Source: Mytilus edulis
Taxonomy: Eukaryota
Direction of reading: 5' to 3'
DNA length: 64,000 nucleotides
Assembly (NCBI RefSeq): GCF_963676685.1
Contig: NC_092344.1
Span: forward strand, 60,388,001-60,452,000
The notes beneath the pieces are model-generated. The model was not told the origin of the DNA, made no database searches, and saw nothing but the letters and a program-made list of their open reading frames with translations. The position numbers and the translations under genes were made by a program. Shown here piece after piece: positions 50,437 through 62,411 of the stretch (position 1 is the first letter of the stretch; each line of letters starts with the position of its first letter).

Positions 50437-50690
50437 AAACTCATCATAGATACCCAGGACTAAATTTTGTATATACGCCAGACGCGCGTTTTGTCTACAA
50501 AAGACTCACCAGTGACGCTCGAATCCAAAAAAGTTAAAAAGGTCAAATAAAGTACGAAGTTGAAGAGCATTGAGGACAAAAATTCGACTAAAAGTTTTGC
50601 CAAATCCAGCTAAGGTAATCTTTGCCGGAGGTAGAAAAGCCTTAGTATTTCAAAAATTCTAAATTTTGTGAACAGTTAATTAATAAATAT
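50437..50690 (-). repeat. Hammerhead-bearing dispersed repeat (Penelope-like/retrozyme-type)
   Basis: Contains the hammerhead motif and a second partial UGAUGAG; downstream GTTGAAGAGC..CTTAGT blocks are shared with about 48350-48565. Confidence 0.6.
50476..50517 (-). ncRNA. Type I hammerhead ribozyme motif with two core substitutions
   Basis: CGUCA-CUGgUGA-GUCU UUUGU AGAC-aAAA-CGCGCG-UC-UGGCG; stems I and II pair; stem III ACGCGCGU is palindromic; GUC cleavage triplet. Confidence 0.75.
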
Positions 50691-51253
50691 CAAGTGTATT
50701 TTACTGAAAACTCATATTCTCGCATAGTTATTGTATTATGATGTTTCTGTATCTTGCCTAACTAGGGCCCATGATTGGTTAGTAAAACTGTATTCTGTCT
50801 ATATGTTAACATCTTCGCTAGCCAAGGGTTACAATCCATTCGACTGCAGATAAATAATTATATGGAAAACATACGAGAATGTAGAAATATTATTTTTAAA
50901 GCTTTTGTCAACACACGCTCTTAGACTAACAAAAATTCTCAAAACTTACTATTATGACAAAACTCATGCCAAGAAATTGCCTCCGTTGAAATTCTGCAAA
51001 CACCCCATAGAGCAAATTACATGGATGATTAATTTTGACCATTTGGTATATGGCCGTGTTCTAAGCGACACGTACATGAAGGTCATACATTAATTTCTTG
51101 AATGAAATCAAATCTTTAGCTACTAATGACTGCCGTAGGGGGTCGACCGGAATTTTTAGCGAGGATTTCTTGGCATGTATTTGATAAAAACTTTTGACAA
51201 ACTAGATTGGAAACTATCAGTCACTTTCAGAGGTCTCAATATCAATTACTACA

Positions 51254-51410
51254 CAGTGGCGGATCCAGAGGGGGGGGGGGGGTTCCGGGGGTTGGAACAC
51301 CCCCTTTTTTGGACGATCAATGCATTTGAATGGGGACATATAGTTGGAACCCCCCCTTTATCATGGGTTGGGACCCCCCCTTTTTTTTTAAATGGCTGGA
51401 TCCGCACCTG
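51254..51410. mobile_element. CAG/GGCGGATCC-type MITE with exact 5-bp TSD
   Basis: CTACA|CAGTGGCGGATCCAG...CTGGATCCGCACCTG|CTACA. Confidence 0.9.
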
Positions 51411-51465
51411 CTACAACAAAGTATAGTCGGGTATTTCCAATAATAAATAAGATACTCTGCAAAAT

Positions 51466-51574
51466 CAATCTAATTAAAAACCGATCATCTCTCATCGCTC
51501 CTGTTTCTGATATGTCGCGTGGGAGCGACATATCAGAAACAGGAGCGATGAGAGATCGGTTTTTAATTAGATTG
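51466..51574. mobile_element. 109-bp foldback with CAATCT termini and 8-bp TSD
   Basis: TGCAAAAT|CAATCTAATTAAAAACCGATC...GATCGGTTTTTAATTAGATTG|TGCAAAAT; centre GCGTGGGAGC. Confidence 0.9.
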
Positions 51575-52416
51575 TGCAAAATTAAAGAAGAATGAATCAA
51601 ATCAAAATCACAAACAGGTCCATATTTATTATATAACATTGGACATAATATATACATCTGTGTTTATGACTCCACCGATTGGTTAAAAGCATGGACTTCC
51701 GCCCAACGTGTGGAGGTTCACATTATATTTAAACGTAAAACAAAAAAATGTGCAAAGAGAATTATATTTGTAAGAACTGCTTATTAGTTCTGATGAGAAA
51801 CGCCATTCGGCCGACCAATATGGTTGCTATTAACTAGAATCCTATTTAACACGCGAATCTGAGGATGAAATAATTTTAAAAAAAAATAACAGTGTACACC
51901 AAATGAAACTGGAATGTTTCTTCAAATGTACTTCATTAGTGTTCATGTTGTAATTTTACATGTACTTTGGTTCTTCGTCAAATTATCATCATAAGTAGTC
52001 CAAACGAGAAGAATTTTTCTACAGTTTATTAAAAAGTGTGTGGTGTCATTGCGGCATATACTATGCATGGGTATATCAATCATCCATTAGACCCCAGTAA
52101 ACCTCGTGTTCAATTTAGATTGCTTCTTAATTCATTTTTTTCAATTCACTTTCAAAAAGTATTTTACTTTTGGCGGGATTTTTTTTAATTATGTAATTAC
52201 AAAATATATAAACTATTAAAATGTTTTCCTATACAAAATTTACTTAGAGATGAATTAAAATAGAACACAATGATTTAAAGAAAACTGTGTTGTTAGAAAT
52301 AAATAAACGCCACCGATCGTTTTGAATATATACATGTACTAAAGTTGGTTTCGGCAGCTTTTAGGCTTACCAAACGTCCACAAGATAGTTATTTCAAAAT
52401 AAGTATGTAAAATTCT

Positions 52417-54177
52417 TTAAGAACTGTAAACGTTTGAAAATTTTGGCTTTGTGATCACGTCGTATAAAGCTACAACTCCCTTGAAACTGGCAGACACTAC
52501 AAGCAATCGACTTGATCTTTGGTCAAAATAGATCCCAGCAGGTCCATCCACGCCATCAAGTTTGCTCAAAAGAGATTTACTTTGTTGTCCATCTGAAGAT
52601 GTTACCAAGATATTTTGCGAGAGATTTCCGACCACGAACACGTATCCCTCTCGATTGTAGGCAAGGGCACACGGATATTTGAGAGACGGGTCGCGAAATT
52701 TCCATATCTCGTTTCCTTCGAGATCGCAGCAGTATACTGTGTTGTTAATCTCGTCTGAATAATACACGCAGTCGTTGTTGGCATTGACGCAGTAGACTGT
52801 ATTAACTTTGGCTGGAACTGTTTGCAGAATTCTTCCACTCAGGTTCATTACCTGAATTTTATGGCCATTGCAGCCTACGAACAATTTTTCGTCGTTGTAG
52901 AAAATAGCCCAGCACTGGTCCGTCATCTTGATGTTTTGGTATATAGGGTAGCCATTACTGACAACATCAAATATCTGTACAATGTTGTCCTCTGGGAAGC
53001 TGACTGCAATTCGGTCTCCATCTAGACGGGTTATATCATATGGTTTTCCGGTCACTCCAATATCCCTGTTGTGTGTTCCATCAATATTAAACATTATAAG
53101 CTTCTTATTATCACTCCAGTCGGCGAACAGAAGTTTTTCATCTGCTAATATTACACAGCCTCTAAGATCAATCGGTATTCTTGACTTCCGTTTACAAGTC
53201 TTGATCTTCTTTATCACTTTAAGCATGACTCTGTTTGGATCTGTTGTTTCAATTACCCGTGATGCAATGCTCTTAGTAGAGTTCCTATTCTCCGCCCTGG
53301 TTACGGATTCTGGGACTGCAGTAGGTGGAGGTTTTTCTTGGGTATCAATACTTCCAAAACTTTTAATATCGTTAGTCAGAGATATAATTCTTGTATTTAA
53401 ATGCAGGTACAGTTGTAAGTTTTCGCCTTCATTTTCCTTAAGAGTTGCTTCAATTACTCGTTTCTCTTTCGAAAACATCTTCTCCAATTTATTGGATGCA
53501 AGGAAAGTTTGGACACCAGAACCAATTTTCTTTATACATCCAGAAATTGTCTGAATATCAACTAGTTGCTGCTTCTTGGTGTCAATATCAAATAAAAATT
53601 GCGCGATATCTAAACTGTGCTTCTGTTCACCTACAATCAATTCGTCTAAAATGTCTTTTTCAAGCTTGTCCAGATGCTCATTAAGCGCTTTTCTGACATT
53701 TTTAATTTCCGACTGTAAAACATCTTTCTGTTCATTGAGAAGTTTGATATTGTCAGTACGATGACATTTGATTTTTTCTATTCTTTCTAAGACACTGATA
53801 AGATCGTCTTCCAATTTTGTAGAAGCAATCGATGCTCTCGGACTTTGAGATTCGTCATCAACTGGTTTTACATCACATTGGCGATGAGTGTCGGTGACGC
53901 AATTAACACAACACAAAGTCGAATGTGATTGGCAGAAAAAATCAAACTTCTTCTTGTGATCATAACACTCGGTTGTTAAGTCATTTAGAAACGGTCTTAG
54001 GAGAGGATAAATATCCTCGTTAAATGTAGTGTGGTCTTTTGACAACTTTGATGATTGATGGAGTTCCGCGCATTCTTTACATAATCCCTCCATGCAAACG
54101 GAACACCAAACCATTGCTTGTCGATGAGCCTTCCTTGTCTCGCATGGTCCGCAAAACAAGAATGGTGTACTAGCCAT
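52417..54177 (-). CDS. RING-less TRIM-like protein: two B-boxes, coiled coil and NHL-type beta-propeller (586 aa, one coding exon)
   Basis: CGPC..WCSVCMEGLCKEC..H..H; CYDH..FCQSH..CCVNC..H..C; heptad region; NHL-like blades (KPYDIT, YPCALAY, GPAGIYFD); acceptor TTTCCAG| 9 nt upstream of the ATG at 54177. Confidence 0.92.
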   Translation of the reverse strand: MASTPFLFCGPCETRKAHRQAMVWCSVCMEGLCKECAELHQSSKLSKDHTTFNEDIYPLLRPFLNDLTTECYDHKKKFDFFCQSHSTLCCVNCVTDTHRQCDVKPVDDESQSPRASIASTKLEDDLISVLERIEKIKCHRTDNIKLLNEQKDVLQSEIKNVRKALNEHLDKLEKDILDELIVGEQKHSLDIAQFLFDIDTKKQQLVDIQTISGCIKKIGSGVQTFLASNKLEKMFSKEKRVIEATLKENEGENLQLYLHLNTRIISLTNDIKSFGSIDTQEKPPPTAVPESVTRAENRNSTKSIASRVIETTDPNRVMLKVIKKIKTCKRKSRIPIDLRGCVILADEKLLFADWSDNKKLIMFNIDGTHNRDIGVTGKPYDITRLDGDRIAVSFPEDNIVQIFDVVSNGYPIYQNIKMTDQCWAIFYNDEKLFVGCNGHKIQVMNLSGRILQTVPAKVNTVYCVNANNDCVYYSDEINNTVYCCDLEGNEIWKFRDPSLKYPCALAYNREGYVFVVGNLSQNILVTSSDGQQSKSLLSKLDGVDGPAGIYFDQRSSRLLVVSASFKGVVALYDVITKPKFSNVYSS

Positions 54178-55526
54178 CTTCAAAAACTGGAAATGTAAGA
54201 AAAAGTTGTTATTTATTATTACATTAAATCATTTACAAACAATCTAGCATTAATATAGAAAAGAAGATGTGGTATGATTGCCAATGAGACAAATGTCCAC
54301 AAGAGACCAAAATGACACAGACATTAACAACTATAGGTTCAGAATGTATCCCACGTTATAACAGTAAATCGGAAAATTCTTGCAACTGCTGCCGAGTTCT
54401 AAAATGAATAAATGTGTACATATCTTTTTTTAGCTTATAGTTCAAAGTTCAAAGATGTATTATACTCCATAGAAAAATAAAGACCTTTTAAAGATAATAT
54501 ATTGTTTAAAGCGTAAGGGGACGATCATTTGATTTTTTGGGGTGGATAAGGGCGGGAGGAAGTTTTGAAAATGAATGACATGAATGATAAGAGCTGAAAA
54601 TAGATTACAAAATTTTTGTTTTACGTCCTAAAAAAATCAGAGTACGATTTATTTTCTATGAATGACTGTGTTTATAGAGGAAGTTAACATTTTGCAGTTT
54701 TTTATAAAAATAAATTATGACGTCGATGTCGCTCTTCAATCGTTTTCCTTAGACTTACTTTGAGATAATTACCAGGAAGGATGTGACAAATCAAAACTCA
54801 AATTGTATCTCAAAAACGTTTCTTTTTAATGCCTTTCCAAATAAAAATTTTGTTTGTTGATAAACTCCATTTTGTAACATTTGCAAAATTATTCCAAAAA
54901 TATCTGAAGAACATGACCGTTATGTGAAAAGCCAAACATTATAAATAAAACTGAAGTGCTGAGAAACCAAACAGGACAAAAAGTATAGCCAAAGACCACA
55001 TACCATTTTGGTTTGACCGTAATTTGGAACAACATTCGAAAATCTTTAAAGAATATTTATAAATAAATTAAAAAAAATACACAAAAAAAAAAAATCACAC
55101 AAAACAACTCATCATCTTATGTTAATGAAACAAAAACAGGGGAAATCGGCCATTCCCATTATTTTAAATTGAACATTTTTAAAAGTATTTTAAACTACAT
55201 TTCTCATATAATTTAAAATATAATTAATGATATAAGACCATGCATATAATGGTCTTCCATTGTGAACGAATGAAATAGATGTAATACACAATTTATTAGT
55301 GTTTCTCAAAATACAAATTAACTTTGTGAGTTTCATACAAAAAAATGTTGTTATATATATTATCAATCATTCAAAATTTCAATGGTACAAAGTCTAGATT
55401 CCTTTTTAAAACGGTCAATAGAAGTACAAGGAACTATTGATTTTTGTAAAATTTGTTGAATTTATATATAAAAGTTTGTTTTTTGTTTGTTACAAGTGTA
55501 TTTTATGTATCATGCTTTCCGACAAT

Positions 55527-55786
55527 AAGGCCTCTGGCCTTTGTTAGTCTTGTATTATTTTTAATTTTAGTTTCTTGTGTACAATTCGGAGTTTAGTATG
55601 GCGTTCATTATCACTGAACTAGTATATATATTTGTTTTAATAGGGGCCAGCTGAGGGACGCCTCCGGGTGCGGGAGTTTCTTGCGAGTTTCTTGCTGCAT
55701 TGAAGACCTGTTGGTGACTTTTTGCTGTTGTCTGTTCTATGGTCGGGTTGTTGTCTCTTTGACACATTCCCCATTTCCATTTTATT
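55527..55786. repeat. Dispersed repeat family B, longest copy
   Basis: Homologous to 13015-13193 and 5152-5226. Confidence 0.85.
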
Positions 55787-57298
55787 TTCGACAATAAAGT
55801 TTTTTTCATTATCAATTTTTAACCAGTCATGGTAGACATTGATTGAAAGTTGAACCATTTATAGACATTTTTTTTTCATTAGTTCCCTTTCACAACTGAC
55901 TTTCAATTTTGAAATTATCAATAAATTTTATAATATATAGCAAATTATTCCTACCTTATATCTTAGTCGTTTGTTACAGCCTCTCTTTGATTGCAACTTT
56001 TTTGTTAGTAATAAGGAAATAATGAATTTAAATACAATTAATTAATTTGCGTGGTATATTAAAGCAAAAACAATCGCCGGATTTAAGTACTTCATTCTAA
56101 CGGATTTTGTACTTTCTAAAATTTCATAACGGCCTTTTTTATTTTTACGTTTCATAAAATAAGTTCCGAGTATTGTCTAAATCGTGGAATTTTTTCAGTT
56201 TTACGTTGTGAATCTTCCGCTTGATAAGTCTTTTTGGTGAGAAAAATAAAATTCATCGGGGTTTCCAAGAAATATCAACTTTCAACATATTATTTTATTT
56301 ATTTATTATATATTTTTTCATATCATGAGAGCGTTTTACTATATGGCATACACCCACGCCAAAAATCTATCATGAAAAAAAAATTGCAAAGACTTTCGTT
56401 TTAAAACATTCAAGAAACCCACGATTATGATCTAAGATAAAATTCAATAGAAAGACAAGAAAACGACATAAAAGTTCTAAACCTACACTTCTTATGCAAG
56501 TGGGCGTGTAATATATGTCGGACAAAAAGTTTGGTGAAATGGTATAATAATATATGGTTGATAGATTTGTGTTTGCTTAACGTACATGCGCAGTGACAAA
56601 ATAGAACATGCATATTCCTAATAAATAGAATATAAATCTGGAACTCTGTGAACCATGAAGTGTGACATATGCTGTATGTCATATTTAGCGTTTTGATATA
56701 TTTATGTTTATATAGTAAATTTATGTACACTCATAATTATCGACATGAAACTGGTCAACAATAACTGTTTAACCATAAAAAAAAGAGGTCACAGCAACCT
56801 TTTGACCTATATCATATATTGTATATGTGATGAAGATACTCTTTGAATTCTGAAAGTTAAAACTCACCGACAACATGACCAGTGTCTATCGACCAATGTA
56901 TATTGTGGCCGGGAGCCGGTTCAACGATTTAAAGAAAGAGGCGAAGATTTACAGGAAAGAACAGAAAAGGACCGAATTGTAACAAAAATAACAGAACTTG
57001 AAAGAACCGAAAAGAAGTCGAAAAGAGCATACATGTTTTTTTTAATTTCATATGGTATACACACGAAATGTTGATATTGTTAACAATACATGCATATCGT
57101 TATAAATGAACGCATAACTCTAACTTAGATTGTACATTGTATAAGGATGTGTGGACACAAACTGACCAGGATAGTATGACTTGGAATCATCTGCCCTCCC
57201 CGCCCGCAACTGGCGGATCCAGAAATTTTTTAACGAGAGGTTGTCCACTGACTACATGTCTAAGAGGGGCTTCAGTGATTCCCTAGAAAAGCAACCAG

Positions 57299-57332
<34 letters not shown>

Positions 57333-58279
57333 GCCTTATAGTATCGATATACAATAAGCATTTTAACAAAATCATGTTGTTGTTTTTTTAAATAAAACTA
57401 TATCTATTATATAAAGTCTTTGAATTAGAAAAAAATATGAAGCAATAGGCAACCTGGGACCAAGAGATATTATTCATGTAAGTCCCAGATGCGACAATTT
57501 GTCCTTAAATGGATAGATAAATTAATAAACTGTAAAGAAAATTTATCGGAAATATATCAGCTATATATATTCAACAAATAAGTTAAAGATAACTTAAATG
57601 GGAATCAATTTTCCTTTAGTAATATTTCTTCCTTTTATGCGTGATTGGTTTAATTTTAAGAACTATGTAAGTGTGGACACATATAAGTGTGGATAGTATA
57701 TTTGGATGTTTGGCAGTGTTTTCTGACAAAAAATGTTGTCTGTTTTCCCCATGGGTTAACGGTGTAGCACATGGACCACTGACCAGTATCAAACACTAAA
57801 AACAAGTTGCTTTCGTTAAAAAGGAAAAGCAATACGTGAACCTTAGACCGCTGACTGCCGGGTCACCAAACGATTGTTACTGAATTTGTGTGCTTTTTAT
57901 TGATATTGATAAGTAGAGCTCTCTCTCTGAATGATAAGTGACATCTTCATTAAGCGAGTTTTATAGTGGGTTTCCCTTTGTGTGTGTGTTTAGGAGTAGT
58001 TCTTATTTTCAACAGTGCAAGAAAGGTCTATAGAAAAAATTTCCTGAATTAAATCATGCCACACAATGATCCTTGAACTGGTATGATCATGGTGTCCTTT
58101 TGACATTTTTAATATAAAAAATAAGATGTGATATGATTGCCAATAGGACAACTCTTCATAAGATACCAAATGGCACAGAAATTAACAACTATAGGTCACC
58201 GCAAGGCCTCGTCATCAATGAGGAAAGCCCATATCGCATTGTTACCATCTTTCTGTGCCCGAATATTAGTTTCATCATG

Positions 58280-58398
58280 CAGTGATGGATCCAAGGGTAA
58301 AGTTTAACACCACAATTTTTGTTTAACAACTAATGCTTTTGTATGGAGACCAATGTTTGGAACCGACTTTTAAAAATGTCTGCACAGATCCGTGCCTG
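58280..58398. mobile_element. CAG-ended MITE with exact 5-bp TSD
   Basis: TCATG|CAGTGATGGATCC...AGATCCGTGCCTG|TCATG. Confidence 0.75.
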
Positions 58399-58715
58399 TC
58401 ATGTATCCCAAACATATAGAATTGAACATCAATATACTTACTTATACTATAAAGATGAAGACAAATGTATCAGACTAACACAACGCAAAAAAATGACGCT
58501 ATATACTTTGGACTGATCAGGATTCGAATCAAATGTAGGCACAATGCTTATATGATGCTGTATTTGTTCATCATGCGGGAACAAAGAACTTAATTTGAAT
58601 ACAATTTTTTGGTATTAGACAATAATTCAATAGGCCAAGCACCCAAGCGCCACAACAAAAAAAAAAACAAACAAACAACACCGGGACATTTCTAGTCATA
58701 ATTATTAGAACAATA

Positions 58716-60695
58716 ACCAGATGCTCCGCAGGGCGTAGCTTTATACGACCGCAGAGGTTGAACCCTGAACGGTTGGGGCAAGTATGGACACAACATTCAA
58801 GCTGGATTCAGCTCTAAATTTGGATTGTGATTAAATAGTTGACACAGCATAGGTTTCTGACACAGAATGAATGTGTTCTAATGAACTTAAAATTTTTGTT
58901 TTCTCTTAGAGCAATTCACTATGCTGTTGAATATTAATCCTCTCAAACAAATGTTTGAAGAAATTTTCTTTTTTTATGAAATTTCAAATGAGAAAAATTG
59001 AACCCAATTTTTTTAATCACATCCCCCTTTCCCTTATTCCAAAACTAATCTCAATTAAAATTTCTAATGGAGTTTGCAACAATAACTACTCATTTAAATA
59101 CATCATAAAATATTAAGATGTAAAAAAACTGCTTGTTATCACTGAATGGTAAAGATTATTTTAATTTATCAGTTGGTAGTAAAAAGTGAATATACATTGT
59201 ATATTGTATATAACAAAGATTTAAGTTGATTCTGGACAAAGAAAGATAACTCCAATTAAAAAAAAATTTGCTATTGCACAATATTTTGCAATTAGATATT
59301 TCTTGCTTACTATTCTGGACAAAGAAAGATAACTCTAATTAAATAAAAAATTTGCTATTTCACAATATTGTGCAATTAGATATTTCTTGCCATTGCGCAA
59401 TACTGTGCAATTGAAAAGACTTGCTATTGCACAATACTTAATATAATAATTTTAGATCCTGATTTGGACCAACTTGAAAACTGGGCCCATAATAAAAAAT
59501 CTAAGTACATTTTTGGATTCAGCATATCAAAGAACCCCAAGATTTCAATTTTTGTTAAAATCAGACTAAGTTTAATTTTGGACCCTTTGGACTTTAGTGT
59601 AGACCAAATTGAAAACAGGACCAAAAATGAAGAATCTACATACACAGTTAGATTTGGTATATCAAAGAACCCCATTTATTCAATTTTTGATGAAATCAAA
59701 CAAAGTTTAATTTTGGACCCCGATTTGGACCAACTTGAAAACTGGGCCAATAATCAAGAATCTAAGTACATTTTTAGATTCAGCATATCAAAGAACCTAA
59801 CTGATTCATTTTTTGTCAAAATCAAACTAAGTTTAATTTTGGACCCTTTGGACCTTAATGTAGACCAATTTGAAAACGGGACCAAAAGTAAAGAATCTAC
59901 ATACACAGTCATGACAGTTAGATTCGGCATTTCAAAGAACCCCAATTATTCAATTTTGATGAAATCAAACAAAATTTAATTTTGGACCCTTTGGGCCCCT
60001 TATTCTGTTGGGACCAAACTCCCAAAATCAATACCAACCTTCCTTTTATGGTCATAAACCTTGTGTTTAAATTTCATAGATTTCTATTTACTTATACTAA
60101 CGTTATGGTGCGAAAACCAAGAAAAATGCTTATTTGGGTCCCTTTTTGGCCCCTAATTCCTAAACTGTTGGGACCTAAACTCCCAAAATCAATACCAACC
60201 TTCCTTTTGTAGTCATTAACATTGTGTTTAAATTTCATTGATTTCTATTTACTTAAAGTAAAGTTATTGTGCGAAAACCAAGAATAATGCTTATTTGGGC
60301 CCTTTTTTGGCCCCTAATTCCTAAACTGTTGAAACCAAAACTCCCAAAATCAATCCCAACCGTTCTTTTGTGGTCATAAACCTTGTGTCAAAATTTCATA
60401 GATTTCTATTAACTTAAACTAAAGTTATAGTGCGAAAACCAAGAAAATGCTTATTTGGGCCCTTTTTGGCCCCTAATTCCTAAAATGTTGAGACCAAAAC
60501 TCCCAAAATCAATACCAACCTTCCTTTTGTGGTCATAAACCTTGTGTTAAAATTTCATAGATTTCCATTCACTTTTACTAAAGTTAGAGTGCGAAAACTA
60601 AAAGTATTCGGACGACGACGATGACGTCGCAGACGACGACGCCAACGTGATAGCAATATACGACGAAAATTTTTTCAAATTTTGCGGTCGTATAA
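58716..60695 (-). mobile_element. Complete ~2-kb HINE/DINE-1-like element carrying several tandem arrays
   Basis: Minus strand: TATACGACCGCA plus hairpin, (GTC)n, about 4 x ~160-bp, about 2 x ~260-bp and 2 x ~85-bp repeats, subTIR TGCGGTCGTATA, 3' hairpin GCTACGCCCTGCGGAGC. Confidence 0.92.
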
Positions 60696-62180
60696 AAATG
60701 TAAATACCCAAAAATTCATGAAACTCAGTGAATCTTTATTTGTGAACATGAATTGTGCATTAAATGCTTAAAATTTCACAGACACCCATTCTTAGCAGAT
60801 ACATCTATGTAAATGCAAAATATAATGATGTCTGATTGTCCAAAATAATTGTTTAACACAATAAATGATTCAGATCTGGTTTAAAACCAAAAAGTGTGTA
60901 TGTTTACTATTACTATCAAGTACCATTTCTCAACTTCCTAAAATGAAAATTTTCAAATACAAGATATTAAATAAAAATCCTATGGGACTTACTGAAACAG
61001 AAGAACTTTACAACTTCAAAATATCTTGAATTTGCTGTTTTCTAATTTATAAAGGGAAGCATAACATAAGTTTTTACAGAGTGTTACTGATGTTGGCAGT
61101 GACAGGAGTCACAACACTAGGAATACTATGTACAATAAAATCATTTAATCACAAAGTGGCGTAAAATGGAAAAATACTGTTAAAGAACAAATTAATGTGT
61201 CGCCAATGGAACTTGTTTCATAAAAAATACCGAGACAAAACAAGAAATATTTGTAAATACAATATAAATAATTGTATGTTATTCCATTGTTTTCATACAA
61301 TTTAGTTCTACGACCTTGATATCAAGTCATAACCTTTATCAGAAAAGATAGGCTCATTTTTTCATGAACTTTTCACTTATGTTGCTGCCAATTTTTTAAT
61401 ATGATACTACCAACAGTTTTAAAAGGTAATTCAAAATTGCAATTTATTTATTTGGAAATTTGGCAGTAGTGAACAAAAAAATATAACAATCTGAAAGTCA
61501 ATTTTGTTATGAAATGTTAGTAATTTCATAACTAAATGTGCTACAAAATTTAATTGATGCATGAAAATATATTTCATATTAAACCAGTTTCAATGTCAAT
61601 TAGAAGTTAATGCAATGGAATGAATACTAAGGATAGTTGATTTACAATACAACATTGAAATAATCAGAAGCTAATAGACAGATTTATAACAAAACTTAAC
61701 ATTTAAAAATCAGATGTAACAAGATTTTTGATTGGATAACTCAGAACATATTCAAAACATACCATACAGTTATGAAGTACTCTCAGCAATTGCAGTTCCA
61801 TATCGAAAAGTTTAAAAATAAGTTTTTTTATTTTAATTTTTTGTCCTTCAACTTTAAAATATTGTATAAAATATCCAATTTAGATCAAATTTTTTTTTTC
61901 ATTGTGCTAAATTTGATTTTCCTTTTAAGTATTCTGAATTGTTTAAGGAAATTTTTTCTATACATTTTGATTTGACATAATCAAAATAATATTACTTTTA
62001 AAAAATGTGTTAAAAACTTACATTGAAAGACCAAACTATGATGTTTTTGCTATGCAAAACAATACAATATGTTATGAACTATATGCAGTTCATATTATCC
62101 AATCAAAAAAGTCATTACATCTGATCTTATGCAATTTGAATATAACACAAACAATTTGATAGGATAATCTTCAGCAATCA

Positions 62181-62411
62181 TCAATTTTCATCATGTTTTC
62201 TTTGTCCCTCCACAGTCTTTTTCACTTCCCTGAGAGCTGTAGTCTTTACAAAGTCTATCTCTCTGTATTCAGTGGGTGTATTATTCCCCGTCTCTGCATG
62301 TGTAAGATGTATCGGTTGACTTGTAGGTTGGTCCACCAGGTCCAGTTCTAAATATTTCAGTTCATCTTTATCACTTTTCATAGGAGGGGGCACTTTATTC
62401 CAATTTTGACT
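62181..62411 (-). CDS. GAB: Terminal coding exon of a GAB/Daughter-of-sevenless adaptor (tandem SHP2-binding tyrosines)
   Basis: LKYLELDL...TEYREIDFVKTTALREVKK matches the GAB/DOS C-terminus (YLDLDL...Yxx(V/I)DxxKTxA); acceptor CATTTTAG| in phase 0; tandem TGA stops. Confidence 0.82.
   Translation of the reverse strand, partial: SQNWNKVPPPMKSDKDELKYLELDLVDQPTSQPIHLTHAETGNNTPTEYREIDFVKTTALREVKKTVEGQRKHDEN

Noticed and set aside
54178-54183. TTG start assigned by the ORF track (also TTG at 28268 and GTG at 62393)
   Set aside because: These are eukaryotic genes; splice acceptors and a nearby ATG explain the boundaries.
56255-56405. NF-kB-like (GGGGTTTCCA) and IRF-like (ACTTTCGTTTT) motifs upstream of the TRIM-like gene
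   Set aside because: Short imperfect matches expected by chance; the transcription start is unknown.
59424-60212. ORFs of 63-171 aa
   Set aside because: They arise from the HINE's internal tandem repeats.
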